This document shows, piece by piece, positions 1 through 13,300 of a stretch of 64,000 bases of DNA (position 1 is its first letter; each line of letters begins with the position of its first letter). The position numbers and the translations under genes were made by a program. Under the pieces are notes generated by a model. That model saw only the letters and a program-made list of their open reading frames with translations. It did no database searches and had not been told where the DNA came from. Where the stretch lies: assembly GCA_047495785.1 (NCBI GenBank), contig JBLDXI010000024.1, forward strand, positions 434,001-498,000, written 5' to 3'. This DNA is from Lepidodermella squamata. Taxonomy: Eukaryota; Animalia; Gastrotricha.

Positions 1-1154
1 TTGCTGGATCCCTTGTCGACGCTGAATCTTTAACATGTCTGAAAGATTTCCTTAATCGCCTTGGCTGTGAAACTTTATGCACCGAGGAAATGTTCCCCAC
101 TGATGGTTCGGGAACTGATTTTAGATCGAATTACCTGCTTAACACGCGCATCGCTGGCATTGAAGAGGCTGATCATGTTCTTTTGATTGGCTGCAATCCC
201 AGATTTGAGGCGCCTCTTCTGAATGCTCGTATCCGCAAGTGCTTCCTCGGAAACGAGCTCAAAGTCTCCTTGATCGGGCCTAAGCTTGATTTGACCTATA
301 AATATGACCACCTTGGCGATTCAATGCAACAGGTCGAAGACCTGCTGACAGGCAAACACGAATATTCCGCCTCCCTCTTCCAGGCGAAGAGACCTGTTGT
401 CATTCTCGGCTCTGCAGTTCTTCAGCGCAAAGATGGTTCAGCTATTCTGTCTGCTGTACAGCAGCTGGCGTATTCATTGAGGCAGCGTGCTGGTATTAAC
501 GATGGCTGGCGTGTTTTCAACCTCCTCCACCGCGTTGCTAGCCAGGTCGCCGCTCTCGATTTGGGCTATAAAGGTGGAGCAGATGCCATCCGAACTCAGA
601 AACCTAAGGTTTTGTACATGCTTGGAGCGGACGAAGGCGCGATTACACGCGAAAACCTGCCGTCGGACTGCTTCGTTATCTATCAGGGTCATCACGGTGA
701 CCGCGGCGCCGCAATGGCAGACGTGATCCTCCCAGGCGCTGCTTACACTGAAAAGCGTGCTACTTACGTGAACATGGAAGGGCGCGCGCAGGAAACACTG
801 AACGCAATCACTCCACCTGGTCTTGCTCGCGACGATTGGAGAATTATCCGAGCTCTTTCGGAGGTTTGCGGCAATACGCTGCCCTACAATGAGTTGGCCG
901 ACGTTCGACAGCGGATGGAGCAGATTTCCCCGAATTTGAACCGATTGGGCGACATCGAGGAAGCTAATTATTTCAAACAGTCCGTCGAACTTGCGGACAA
1001 AGCTCGCAAATACGACTCGCAACCCCTCCGTCCAGCTATCATGGAGCTGGCAGATTTCTATATGACAGATTCGATCAGCAGAGCCTCGGTCACCATGGCC
1101 AAGTGCGTGGAGGCGATCAGGAAAGAATCGCGAGGGAAATATTGGAAATGGTGA
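1..1154 (+). CDS. NDUFS1: NADH:ubiquinone oxidoreductase 75 kDa subunit, 3' part (starts upstream of window)
   Basis: Long ORF with [80 protein letters not shown]; stop TGA at 1152-1154. Confidence 0.97.
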   Translation, partial: AGSLVDAESLTCLKDFLNRLGCETLCTEEMFPTDGSGTDFRSNYLLNTRIAGIEEADHVLLIGCNPRFEAPLLNARIRKCFLGNELKVSLIGPKLDLTYKYDHLGDSMQQVEDLLTGKHEYSASLFQAKRPVVILGSAVLQRKDGSAILSAVQQLAYSLRQRAGINDGWRVFNLLHRVASQVAALDLGYKGGADAIRTQKPKVLYMLGADEGAITRENLPSDCFVIYQGHHGDRGAAMADVILPGAAYTEKRATYVNMEGRAQETLNAITPPGLARDDWRIIRALSEVCGNTLPYNELADVRQRMEQISPNLNRLGDIEEANYFKQSVELADKARKYDSQPLRPAIMELADFYMTDSISRASVTMAKCVEAIRKESRGKYWKW

Positions 1155-1454
1155 TCACTGTTATATTTAATGACAGCGTTCGTGTTTACTTCTCTACGCC
1201 CGTAATGTAAAATGAACTATGATCCATCAACTGCAAATGATATAGTGATGATGATAACAATTCACCTTATTATCACACAGTTAGAATACTTTTAATTAAT
1301 GGCGACCTTCGAAATGACTTTCCCTTCAGCTGGTAGATTTATGTAATAAACATGAAAAATCGCCCATTCTGCAAGAATAAAAGATGGCGAGATTCACAAT
1401 AAAGTTTATTATTGTTGGAAACCTGTTTTGCATTGTAGAGTTTTTGTTGTGTAA

Positions 1455-2977
1455 ATGTTGACGAAACGGAGTGTTTTGAATGCGATAAGACGATGCATTT
1501 CCACAAGATTCACTTGCCTTGCGTTTGAAACGAGTTGCGATGATACTGGGGTTGCTATCGTAGATTCCGAAGGCAGCATTTTGGGAGAATCTGTGTACTC
1601 GCAGCTGAAAAACACGATCCGCTTCGGCGGTGTCATCCCACCCATCGCCGCTGAATTTCATAAAGAATCTCTGCAGCCGGCTCTCGGTGAAGTTCTTGCT
1701 CAGGCTTCCAAGTACAATATTACAGCCAACCTGGATGGTATTGACTATATCGCAGTAACACATGCGCCTGGAATTCCTATAGCTCTTAAAACGGGATTGA
1801 ATTTCGCGAAAAAGCTGGCGATAACATTCAAAAAGCCACTTGTTCCCATTCATCACATGCAAGCTCATGCTCTAACACCTCGTTTACTTGAAAAGTTGGA
1901 TCATTCTTCTAACGAATACAAAACTGATGTAGTTTTCTACTTGCAGAATCCAATATCCGTTTCTCGTTTTACTGATAAGTGGCGGTCACTCTTTATTAGT
2001 TTTTGTCAAGTCTCCAATCGAATTTTCCTTGATGGGTTCCTCCTTAGATGACGCCCCGGGAGAAATTATGGACAAGGTTTTCGTTTGTGACCTATTATTA
2101 CAGAAAATTATTGAATAATTTCTAATAACAGACTGCTCGATTATTGAAGCTCCAACATATTCCAGAATACCAAGGTGGGCAATTCGATTTTTTTTAAGTA
2201 ATATACGTGAATTGGTTATTTCCGAAACAGCTGTTTCAGGTGGTCGAGCGGTCGAGATGCTGGCAGCTGAAAGTCGAAATGGGCCGCTATCTTTCGAATT
2301 TCCTCACGTGATGACTGGAGATAGAAATTGCAACTTCTCATTTGCAGGCCTGAAATACCATGCTCGGAAAGTTGTCATGAGACAAGAACGAGATTTGGGT
2401 ATTCATGTCCTCAATGCATAAGATTGGTCTTATTCTATGAGTATTACCACAGGAATTCAAGGCGGCACTGTTGTACCCTCGGCGTCCGATATCTGCTCGT
2501 CACTTCAATTTTCGATTCTACGTCATTTATCAACGCGTTTGGCCCGGGCGATTGCATATTGTGATATGCAAGAGTTATGGAGCGAATCGCAGAAAACTGT
2601 GGTTAGAGAGTCTAATTTCTGGTAGCTCATACGTTCTTAATAAGCATTTACAGGTTGTTAGCGGTGGCGTTGCCAGTAACCAATTTCTCCGTTCAGGCTT
2701 GACAACAGTTTGCTCAGCGTTGGGTTGCTCAGTCAGCTTTCCTCCTATAAAATATTGCACCGACAATGGCGTAATGATTGCGTGGAATGCTGTCGAACGA
2801 TTGAACTGGCGTCGTAATATATTAAATCAAAACCTTGATTCTTCGCCGGATTTATTGAACAACGAAAACGACATAATTGGTCTCGAGCCAACAGGACGTT
2901 TGCCGATCGGCAATGATGTTAGAGATGCGGTGACTAAGTGCCATATACAGGCGCCTAAAGTCAAGCTTTTTACGTGA
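1455..2977 (+). CDS. OSGEPL1: Mitochondrial tRNA N6-threonylcarbamoyltransferase (Kae1/TsaD/Qri7 family), multi-exon
   Basis: Basic presequence-like N-terminus, then AFETSCDDTGVA, GGVIPP, PIHHMQAHAL, (spliced) YPFLVLLISGGH, DDAPGE, NFSFAGLK, VVSGGVASN, YCTDNGVMIAW. Confidence 0.93.
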
Positions 2978-3657
2978 GAAAAATTATGGTTGTTGAGATT
3001 TTACAGCTTTACAATAAATAATGCGGGCTGCATCCAAGTTAGCAATCTTTGCTGGCCTCCAGTATAATATATTCGTAATTTTGTTCGCTTTTCTCTCAAC
3101 TTTGAAATCAAATCGGCGCAATAGATAACCGAATAACAGATGAACAGCAGGTTTAAAGCTTTAATTTTTACTCTAATGAAAGATGAACTTGAACCTTGAT
3201 TTCGCCAACATTTAGGCATCATTGCAAAAAGTACGGTTCTTGGTTCTTCTACCGCCCCTAAATGCGCGTATCAATTTTACAAGGAAAATATCATTGTGGT
3301 GGATTTTTCCGTTGCATCGCCATTTTGCAGCTTCTTCTTTCGTAGAAACTAATTGAAGCCATAAGATGAAGACTCGTGGTAATGACTGCCAATGAGCTCT
3401 GCTCGTCGACGGTTACACACGAACTTTACCGAGGACCATGACCAATGCAAACCGACCACCTCTCTTAATCTGTGAGCTGCAGAAAATATTACTTTTACGT
3501 AACCATAGCAGCTAGAATCGCTAAAGGGGAAAATGCATTCAATTTTGGCACGTTTACCAACTAACCGCAAGGTTCGAATTCAGTAAAAACACAGTTTTTC
3601 CTTGTAAAAATGGTTCATCGATTTGGGACGATCGATTTGTTTTATCTGACAGCAGCG

Positions 3658-3978
3658 CAGAGTTGTCCACGGGTCGAAAAATTGAGGCCCGACCCGGCCC
3701 GTCAGTAAATATCTCCAAACCCGGCCCGGCCCGGCCCGTAGAAGAAAAATCACACGAAATTAGTATTCATTCTGCCTTCTCGTTGCTCAAAAACTTCAAA
3801 GAGACTTCATTTTTACTAAAAATTAGCATTAGTGATGATACAAGATCAAATTTTTGCTACGGGAATAACTTGAAATCTTACTGTCAAACTTACCGAAAAC
3901 AATTGTAAAGAAATCCTAGAAGACGGGTTTTGAAAACCAGACCCGTACCCGCCCAAACCCGGCCCGTGGACAACTCTG
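3658..3978. mobile_element. Non-autonomous hAT-like MITE, 321 bp
   Basis: Perfect 16-bp TIRs CAGAGTTGTCCACGGG (3658-3673) / CCCGTGGACAACTCTG (3963-3978); identical 8-bp TSD CAGCAGCG at 3650-3657 and 3979-3986; subterminal CCCGG repeats. Confidence 0.9.
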
Positions 3979-5266
3979 CAGCAGCGCATAACACGCGTGA
4001 GGATTTGTTATCTATGTAACGTAACATATAATGCTGATCTTAATTTTTTCATCAGCATTACCTTTTAAAACATTGAGTGAGCTGATTGGAAAATGGTTGA
4101 ATCGTACGAGTGGTCTTCAAAGCAACACAATCCGTGTCTCAAAACTCTTGGCGCATCTCTCATTGTGACGCCAAAATCTGAAAATAAAAACTTGGGGCAA
4201 ACCCGGCTCATTTTTCGCTTACTGTCCTCATTTACCAAATCATCATCGAATCCCGAAATTCAGCCTGTAAGATGTATTTTTACAGATTGTTCTATTGTTG
4301 GATTTTATGTTGAGACGCAATTTTGGCGGCGTCACTGTGCTATGCTCTATTTTCTTCCACACACTCAATTGACGAATTGAGCTAATTATAAATGGAAAGC
4401 ATTAAGCTAATGATATAACCAAGGGTTCTCCTATGACGATGCGCTCAAGTGATCAGCGAGTGCAAGAGGCGAAGAGGCGAAGAGGCGAAACTTGAAATTT
4501 GCGATGATGAATTTTTCCATGCGGCAAGGTTGAATAATTAAGCAATTCATTAATCAAAATCAATATAGATTACAATTATTTATACCAATTGTTTGTTTTA
4601 TTTTTATTTAAAGAAAACGAACTTTCTAGAGAAGCGCGCTTCATAAAGCGGCAAAAAGCGATTTTATGGGAGATGCGAAGCCGTGATCACGCTTACACCT
4701 GTGATGAAAGATGAAGGTGAGAGTTGCAGTTCCGCGCTCATCTTGTCTGTGCTATGTGCTATAGATAATTTCTTGGACTTGGCGAGAGATGTTATTAGCT
4801 GCGGTTCTATTAGTTGCTGAAATCACTTCCATGTTCCATGGCCTTCAAGTCGACTCGCCTATTTTTAATTTTGAGCTTACTCTTAGCATTAAATTTCAGC
4901 CTTACTGAGCTTGATTCCGATGTCCAAGACGGATTGTGGAATGAGCTGAAAAAATATGGAAACGGGTGAATTGCTTATATCGGAAGGGAATGTGCTGCAG
5001 GCTTTCTAAAGTCATATAAGCTGTATCAGATATTTTTGGGCACCTCGTTACCCGCTACGCAATAGCTTGCTCTACCCCATTTCTCATTGAGTAATACCAG
5101 GGTGACTAGTGGCTACCTTCCCAACTATCAGCTAATCTGATATCAACACTAGGAACTCCTGACATCCTCTCGTACAGGCTAGAATATTGTTCCGTTGAAG
5201 GTCTATGTGCGTAGATGAGTTGTGAACAATTTTTCCTTGAATTATTTTAGAATTTTTAACATCGAG

Positions 5267-6042
5267 ATGTCACTGCAACCTCAAGTCCTCTGGGCCCAAC
5301 GGCGAGATAAACTTTACCTTACTATTTGTGTTGAAGACTGCAAGGATCCTGTCATCGAAATGAAACCGGAATCTCTTCATTTCAAGTCAGTATTTTCCCT
5401 GTTATTTTTGAATGTATAAAATTTTTGCGTTATTTCTAGGGGCATTGGCGGTAACAAACGAGCCTACGATATTACAATCGAATTCTTCAAAGAAATCAAT
5501 GTCGAGGTATGTTTTGGTGGTGGCTTGTCGTGGTATGACCTGTCAATTAATATTTTCGATGTATAGCAATCGAAATATCAAATACTTCCGCGAAACATTC
5601 CTTTGGTGATCAAGAAGAAGGAAGATGGCCCTTTCTGGACCCGTCTACTCAAGTCATCAGCCAAGGCTCCCTGGCTGAAAACCGATTTCGACAAGTGGAA
5701 GGATGAAGGTGACTCTGATCAGGAGGGCAATTTCGAGTTTGATGACGTATGTTTAGTACTTCTGTTTCTTTTCATTGTTTGAACTGTAACCTTTAGATGA
5801 TGGGCGACATGGGTCGCTTCGGTGATATGGGTGGAGAAGGCGCGGAGGACTTCGTAAGTTTCGAGAATATACCGTGCATTGCCGTTTCATCAAATTTATT
5901 TCTATTGTTGTAGAGCTCAAGTGATAGCGACGATGAACTGCCAGACCTTGAAGACAAGAAGCCCATCTCAAAAGACAACGGTGATGCCCACGTGAACGGA
6001 ACCAACGGCAGTGCTGCAGCGACTCTCACTACCCCTGATTGA
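5267..6042 (+). CDS. PTGES3: Hsp90 co-chaperone p23 / prostaglandin E synthase 3, multi-exon
   Basis: MSLQPQVLWAQRRDKLYLTICVEDCKDP; spliced downstream PFWTRLLKSSAKAPWLKTDFDKWKDEGDSD; acidic tail SDSDDELPDLE; stop TGA at 6040-6042. Confidence 0.93.
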
Positions 6043-7375
6043 ACGACCTTATTGCCATAGTGTATGCATTAAATGCTCGCTCAAGAACTGAACCTTGACA
6101 AAACATCAAGTCGATTTCAGAGAACTCTTATATTTAGACGCTGTATAGGGATGAAACGTGCGGTAATCAGACGAATTAAGCTTGTTTGTGAATTTGTGCA
6201 TTTTATAGAAGTTACCGCAATGTTTGTCAATTGTGATTGTTTCATTCCACCGATGTCATAGGCCAGAAAATTCTTGTCAAATGATATTCAAACGAGTCGA
6301 TTTTCATGATTTACCAGAAAGATGTGCGATTCTTATTGTGATCTGCTTGACTATATATCTATACCTGTTGTGAATGGACACTTCGCCCATCTCCGCTAAA
6401 CTAAATGTATATTCGCGAAGGAGAAAATCGCACGGTTTAGCTGTCGAATAAAGAAACTGAAGACGGTTCTTATTGTCTCTGTTTGTCAATTAATACATGA
6501 CAGCTCCTGCTGGCGTGAGGTGTCGTTGCGAGCTATGATTTAATTAGCAGTGCTTCATCGCAGCCCGGCAGCAAGCAATCAGCTTATCGAGGTGAAAGCC
6601 GAGGTGACACGATGCGTCAAGACAACATGTAAGACAAAGCGTCGTTATTCCTGTTTCGATTTGATTTTTTATTTGAAACAAACGCGACACATGATCGCAA
6701 AATTGTTGGGTGTTTATCATAACATAACATCATCAGCGCCGTCAGAGGCAATTAGATCGAAGTTTACGATGCAGCATTCGGCCTTCGCGGCTTAATCCGA
6801 TCCATCAATGTATAAACTTGAGCGCAAACATTGTTCCACTACTGTTATTTATATAAACAAAATTATAAATAAAACAACGAGAAATCGAGAAGTCGATATT
6901 TAAACAAAATCTGCGAAGCCGCAAAACAGCAAGTTGACCATGCAGGAAAGATGCTCTACGAACAGCGGCGTATCTACACACAAGCGAACTTAATGCGGTA
7001 ATTTCATCAGAACAATAAGTAGATGCTTTTAAATAAATAATTCCTCCGTAGTAAAATCATGACTGAAAAAACTTAACAAGATATTACGCGAGTTCGATGC
7101 TCTCTTTCGCGATCCGAATGCAAGCACGCGTAAAACACAACCAGACTCTCAAGTTTATTTTAGTAAATAATGTGGATAGAATACAGAAAAAGTCATCCGC
7201 GTTAAACAAAATGAAAGATAGAAGGACATTAAAAATAAAAAGAATTGCCAGGTAATCTTGGCCGATGCGACGGAGAAAGTAATATTATGAAAAGGAGGTC
7301 GTTTGTGAGGGTACGGACTGCAGCCAGTGGTCAGAACGGAATGTTGAGCACAGCAGCGTCCCGCCCTAACGCGTG

Positions 7376-10300
7376 TCATCTGCCTGTGTCGCCAGTCGGC
7401 GCAACGAGTCGCTCGTCATAAATCTTCAGGATAGCTTGGCAGGCGAAAACGAACTGACTAGCGTTCTGCACAAGCATAGCACGTTGGCAGCGCAGGCGCC
7501 GAACGATCTCGATCGGGTCGACGGGCTGCCGCGCTTCGATCAGCGACATGGCGGTTTCGACGAGCAGAATCACGCCGGTTCGACCGATGCCGGCCGAGCA
7601 GTGGACGATCGTCGGCTCGACGGTGCCCGCGCGGAGCGACCGAACGCGCTGCACGAACTCGATGAAAGAGCGCGGCTCTTCGGGCACGCCGTGGTCCGGC
7701 CACGCCATGTACTGCAACTGAATGACGTGGCGCTCTTCGTTGGTCTGAAGATTGATCAGGCTCAACTGGCGTTCAGCGATACCCCCGGCGCTTGAGTTCG
7801 ACGACGGAGATAGGATTGATTCACGCAGACAAGATACTTGCAGATGATCGTACTTGCACGTTTCATTCACGCTGGGCCAATATTGGTGACATTTAACCAT
7901 GCCTTGCTCCATCTGAAAAAAAACAAAAATTCAGTTGACGGTGTGAAAAATAGGACCCTTTCTTCTCATAACTTGAGCCTGGACTCATTTCTTCTCAGGC
8001 TTCATTATGTTTGTATTTACCTGAGCAGTGAGCATGACGACGAGGGTGCTTTGTTGTTCCCAGACCATTTGCCAAAAGTCGGCGCAAGTATGGGGCAGTG
8101 GACCTTGACAGCAGATGTACCGATTGACAACACCGGCACCAGGTATCTCCATATTGACGTGACTCGCGTTGATGTAGTCACCGCTAGGCCTGTTCTTAAT
8201 TTTTACCCTAGTTTCGTCGTAAGGCGTTATGTCGCGGTATCGATTTTTGTGCAGATTTTCCGAGTAAGTCGCGACTGACACGACCATCGATGAGTTGCGC
8301 CGTTCGAGTTTTTCAAACCGCGTAACCAGTGAGTTGGCACTACCGCCAGCGCTTAGCGATTCTCGCAGCTCCTGAACGGAGCGTTGCAAATAATCGACGA
8401 CAGGCGGCTGTGATTGAGGAGTATTATTGCTTTGGTGCGGCGAGGGGCGGTAACTTGGCGGGGTCGACATCCCCACGCCCGAGTCACTGCCGGAAATGAC
8501 CGTTTTAGGCCGCGGGTTTGTGAAACCGTTTGAACGGCTGTGAGAGGGCGACAACGTCTGCTGCAAGTCCAGACTAGGAACTTGCAGCTGCGGACGTACC
8601 ACTAGCACCAGGTCACCAGTGGTTTCTTCTCGCGAGGTTCTAATTGCATTCACAACTTCTTCATGCAGCATGGCGTTGGGATCACGACCGTTGATTGAAA
8701 GCAGAAGATCGCCTTCACGGAGACGAGGGATGGCCCGGTCCGCGGGCGTGTTCGGGGCTACTCGCGAGACAACGACGGCCATTTGTTGGTCGACGCCGCC
8801 TTTCACGTTGAAGCCAAAGCGACCGTCGGCGTCCGGCCGCAGTCGGATCGTTACTAGGGGCACTGAGAAGTTGGTATGGCTGTTGCTGCTCAGAGAAGAC
8901 GCAGCCGTCGACGAGTTTGACGCGTGAGAATTGACGGTTCCCATGTTTGGCCGTTGAGACAACGCATTGTTATTGTTGTTGACGGGTTGAGGTGAGGTGC
9001 CAGGGAACCGTTGCTGATAGTTGAGAACGGAAGACGAATTATTGTTATTCTGAGGCTGCAAAAATAGAAAAATAGCCATAAAGACAAAAATAAAAATATT
9101 TTTAAGGCTACTAATTTAATTTCTAAATTAAGTAAACTATGAACTTAAATCGTACCAAATCGTAGCTTCTCGCGCGTCGAAATAAAATCATCAAAGGCCA
9201 ACAACAACAACAACTCAGTTCTGCGGACGAAGACGAGGATTTAATAGATTTCCGGTCTTCGGCACACAAGTTAGAAAGAGAAGAGGATGAAGATGCTTGT
9301 GATGCGAGGCAACAACAAGCCGAGTCGTCGGTTTTCTGACTGACAGGTTGTTGCTTCTCGACGACGGAATTCGGCGAAGCAACCGATGAATTCTGCGCAG
9401 CAGTCTCCGAGGGCCTTTCGGCGCCGCAATCGTCTCTCAAGTCACAAGAATTAGTGTGTTGATGATGATTCGAGGCAGGCGCACGCGTAGAGGAAGTGTA
9501 ATACCTGATACTAACTAGCTTTGCGATGTTATTATCGACGCAGTCGCTAGTTTTTCTCATAAATGTGTGCACTCGACGGGAAAATCTATTGAGAAGATCG
9601 ATGAAAATGTGAACATAAAAAACGCTAGACGATAATATAATTATATCAGCATAGGGGGATTTTTAGTCTTGAGAATTAGGGGGATAAAATGGTCGACAGC
9701 GCTGTCATGGAAATTACGAAGAATATACTACACGAGCAATTCTTAAAAATTCTCCGTTTTCACGAATGAAACCGTTAGTTAGTTGAAAAAACAGTCAAAA
9801 GAGAAGCGTAAATGCGCATTGAACACATCATACAAAGGGAACGTGGGCGAAGGACACATGCAAGCTTGAATACCAATTGGATATTCTGTATGCCACCTCT
9901 GTCGTCATCCTGTACAACGTATATTGTAAGTATATACGAAACACAAAGTAGTTGAAAAAATGCTCATGCTTTTCAGCATACGAGTCATCAACTGTATTGG
10001 AGCGAAGCCTACTTCAATAGCGTGACGAGAGTGCGAAGGTAGGCACGCAGCAAACGGCCAATAATACCATCGTATATAACCATACCTCCTACCCCACGAT
10101 GTATGTAAAACACACGAAGTATAAAGCAAACAACGCATCAGGCAAATAAGTAAACGGAAAATGGTAGCAGTGCAAAAATAACAGGAAAACAAAGTGCGAA
10201 AATCAAATTGGCAAATAAACACTTGACAATTTAACAGGATAATTTTACACACCCGCGTTAGCGATTCGAAAGAATCATATGCCGGACAGTCTACGAACAT

Positions 10301-13300
10301 GGCAGGATCCCGCTGTTTTTATTGCTGCTACGTCGTATTGATACCGAGAGCAGCAGCAGCGGCCACTTAATCGCAAAGACTTTCATTCATCGATATAGGT
10401 GTATATACACAAAAAGAAACAGCAGCACATAGAGCGCGATAAACAAATCGAAAAAATTCGATCGAATCAACGGGGCTGTATCGCAAGATGTGTTTTGAGT
10501 GATAAATGCTATCTATATTTAATATCCCACATGGGCTACGCAAAATGATGCCAAAATATATGTATGGGGCTTTGGGAAATTCTTCATCACGCCCGAAATC
10601 AATCAGACGGCAAATACACACATACATACAAAAACACAGGTGGTGCGCCCAGAGCTAACAGGAAAATATTTCGCATACGCGACATCGAGAGCCGAAAAAA
10701 TAATGGAAAATAAGACGGCTAGTAGGTCGCACATTGCAAATTACAAACAACACAACACAGGTAGGTGACTAACTAAAATTGTAAATGTTTTATGGCTATA
10801 TTGACGACGGTGATTATTAAACCACAAACGCACATAGGGACTCGAGTCAATAAAGCCTTCTTAGCGGGGCTCGTGAATGAAAGTGTAGGTAGGAAGGTAG
10901 ATAGAATAAACCGACTAGGCTTCGCTTTATTCATTTCACCTATTGTTGTGTGTATTTTTACAACGGCGTGCTCATTGTTTTATTGCGCGAGACACATCGT
11001 CAATGCGTGTGGGCGCGTTTACGCTGAAACTTGACGAATCGACTATACCTATAAGGAAGGACGCAAAGAGAACGAGAGAGAGAGAGAGAGAGAGAACAAG
11101 AAATTATAACACCTCGGAGAATTGCAATAAAGTGGCCTTGGTCATGTTGCCTGCCAATCGGTGGTTAAAATTAGTCAAAGCGAGCAAACACGCGTCGTCT
11201 TGCCCGGCGTATAAAGGCACGCGTCACCAGCACGTGTTTAGCACGCTATCATTATAGACTAAACACGCTTCCGTGCCAAGGTACTCGATTCATTAAGCTA
11301 GAGCGGACGCGCGACTTACCTCATTGCCGCTGAAATTACTACTATTGTTAGATGCCGGGTTATTGTACGGCTGCTGTTGCTGTTGCTGAGTCACTGCCAA
11401 CGACCGGCGGTTCTGAAGGTGCTGAAACTGCTGCTTACTGACAACGACAACGGGCGTTCGAGGCGGCGTCGACGAAACAACGCTATTTTGCATAGGCACT
11501 GACTGCCGAGGGGCCAACGGAGGTCGGCTCTGCTGCTGTAGCAGTTGCTGCTGTTGGTACTCTTGATACGTGATACCCGTCTTCGGCGGAAATATCACCG
11601 ACCGCTGCAGGTTGACGTAGTCATTCGACCGCGGTTTTATCACGTAGTCATCGTTAAATTCCGAAGCTCTAGTTTCAGGCAATACTGCCGAGTGGCGTTG
11701 CGAAACAACCGATCTCGACCTGTTCGACGCAGGTTGGCTGATCAACATCCGAGGCTTTCGTAAAATTTCAACCGTGTGCTTGGCTGCTTGCGGTGGTGCA
11801 TTGTTATTTTGCGGCACAAGTTGGCCGTGTATTAGCACAGATTTCGAGGGTGGGCATCGGCAAGGAAGGTAGATACTATGGCCGCAAGTTTTCTGCTGCG
11901 CGGTCGGTATTGCCGGTTTCGCAACCGGTGCAGAAGTTACGAAAACGTTCGAAGGCTTAACGCTTAATAAATATCCGTTTCCGCTTGGCACAATTTGTGG
12001 TTGTAACTCGGGTTTGCTACCACTTGGGGTGGGCGAGGCAACAGAAGACGGGGAAGAATCGGAAGACAGCGAAGAATCGGGCGGGGTCATCACTCTCACA
12101 TTTACCAGACACGAACATCGTTGCGAATGACGATAACAAACTTGTCCGTTGTTACTACTCGAATTATTGTTATTCGCCGAGGAAGATCCAGCAGTACCTC
12201 TAGCAGGAAATGAAGAGACAGCAGTGACTCTCTGATGATAAGGCGGTTGTTGGTCGTAGGCTGCTTGCTCGTAAGAAAGCATTTTTCGATACGAAATTAA
12301 TAAAGGTGAGCAACACTCTGCTGCACCTGGTTTGGCGACGAAGTTCGCCAATCAATATTAACAATCAAATTTGGACTTTTAAAAACTGCGCGGAAAATAG
12401 CATAAACAAAAACAAATTTAGACATATATCTCAATACATAATGCTAATCCTGGAATTTAAGATGGGAGAAAGGCGACGAGGAACGCTGTCTCAAGACGCG
12501 TCTCGTAATTGGGTCCATCGACAAGAAGACATTAGGCGCATCATCTTCGGCATTCACTATAATAATAATAGAAGAGTCGTGGAAATGAATCTAGTCCCTT
12601 CCGCTTACTGTGGCTACAAGACAAGAAGATATTAGTTTACAGCTATTATCCGAGCGCTGAGTACGTGTATCATCCTAAAACTTGCACAGGACGTCGCGAG
12701 CAACGAGGGAAAATAGGCGGAACTGAGTAAACGAGAAATAAGCCAAGGTCAAAGCCGCTAAGGAATACGCTTATTAGCTGTTGCAGAAGAAGGGGCCGAG
12801 ATATTGAACGGCGCAAGGCATCCGGATCTTTCATTAGGAGCTGCTGGCTGGGCACAGGGTAGTAACATGGAAGGCGACAATTGTTCACTAACTGCCACAA
12901 CAATAACAACTGCGAGCGAGTGTATAATTTCGGCAGCTGAGAAATTGAAACGCGACTGCAAAACACGCCACAAGGAACGAGCAGCGCGGTCTCGAGAGGG
13001 TGCAAAAGGCCTACTATTTGTAAGGTAGGTAGAGTTTGATATTTTCAAAATCGCGCGCAGTTCCTTTGAGGCCACCTCAAAAGACCGCGTGCCAAATCCG
13101 TCTTTTATGATATAATAATAACATCATCAGGCATTTTGCGACAGATTACTGAGGTAATAATCAGCCAGTTAACGAGTTGCCGCATCTGACCGCGTGAATA
13201 GTAAAAACAAAACAATATCCTTAACACGAGGTATCAAGTAACACCGATATGCGGCAGCAGAAGCTGCGAGCGGAGAAGTTGGTAGCGCTAATCCAGAAAT

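Noticed and set aside
4030-4060. Hairpin AATGCTGAT..ATCAGCATT
   Set aside because: Short isolated inverted repeat with no RNA-gene or Helitron context.
7373-8927. Plus-strand ORFs of 100-146 aa opposite the PDZ/PTP exons
   Set aside because: Antisense shadows of GC-rich coding sequence; no independent motifs.
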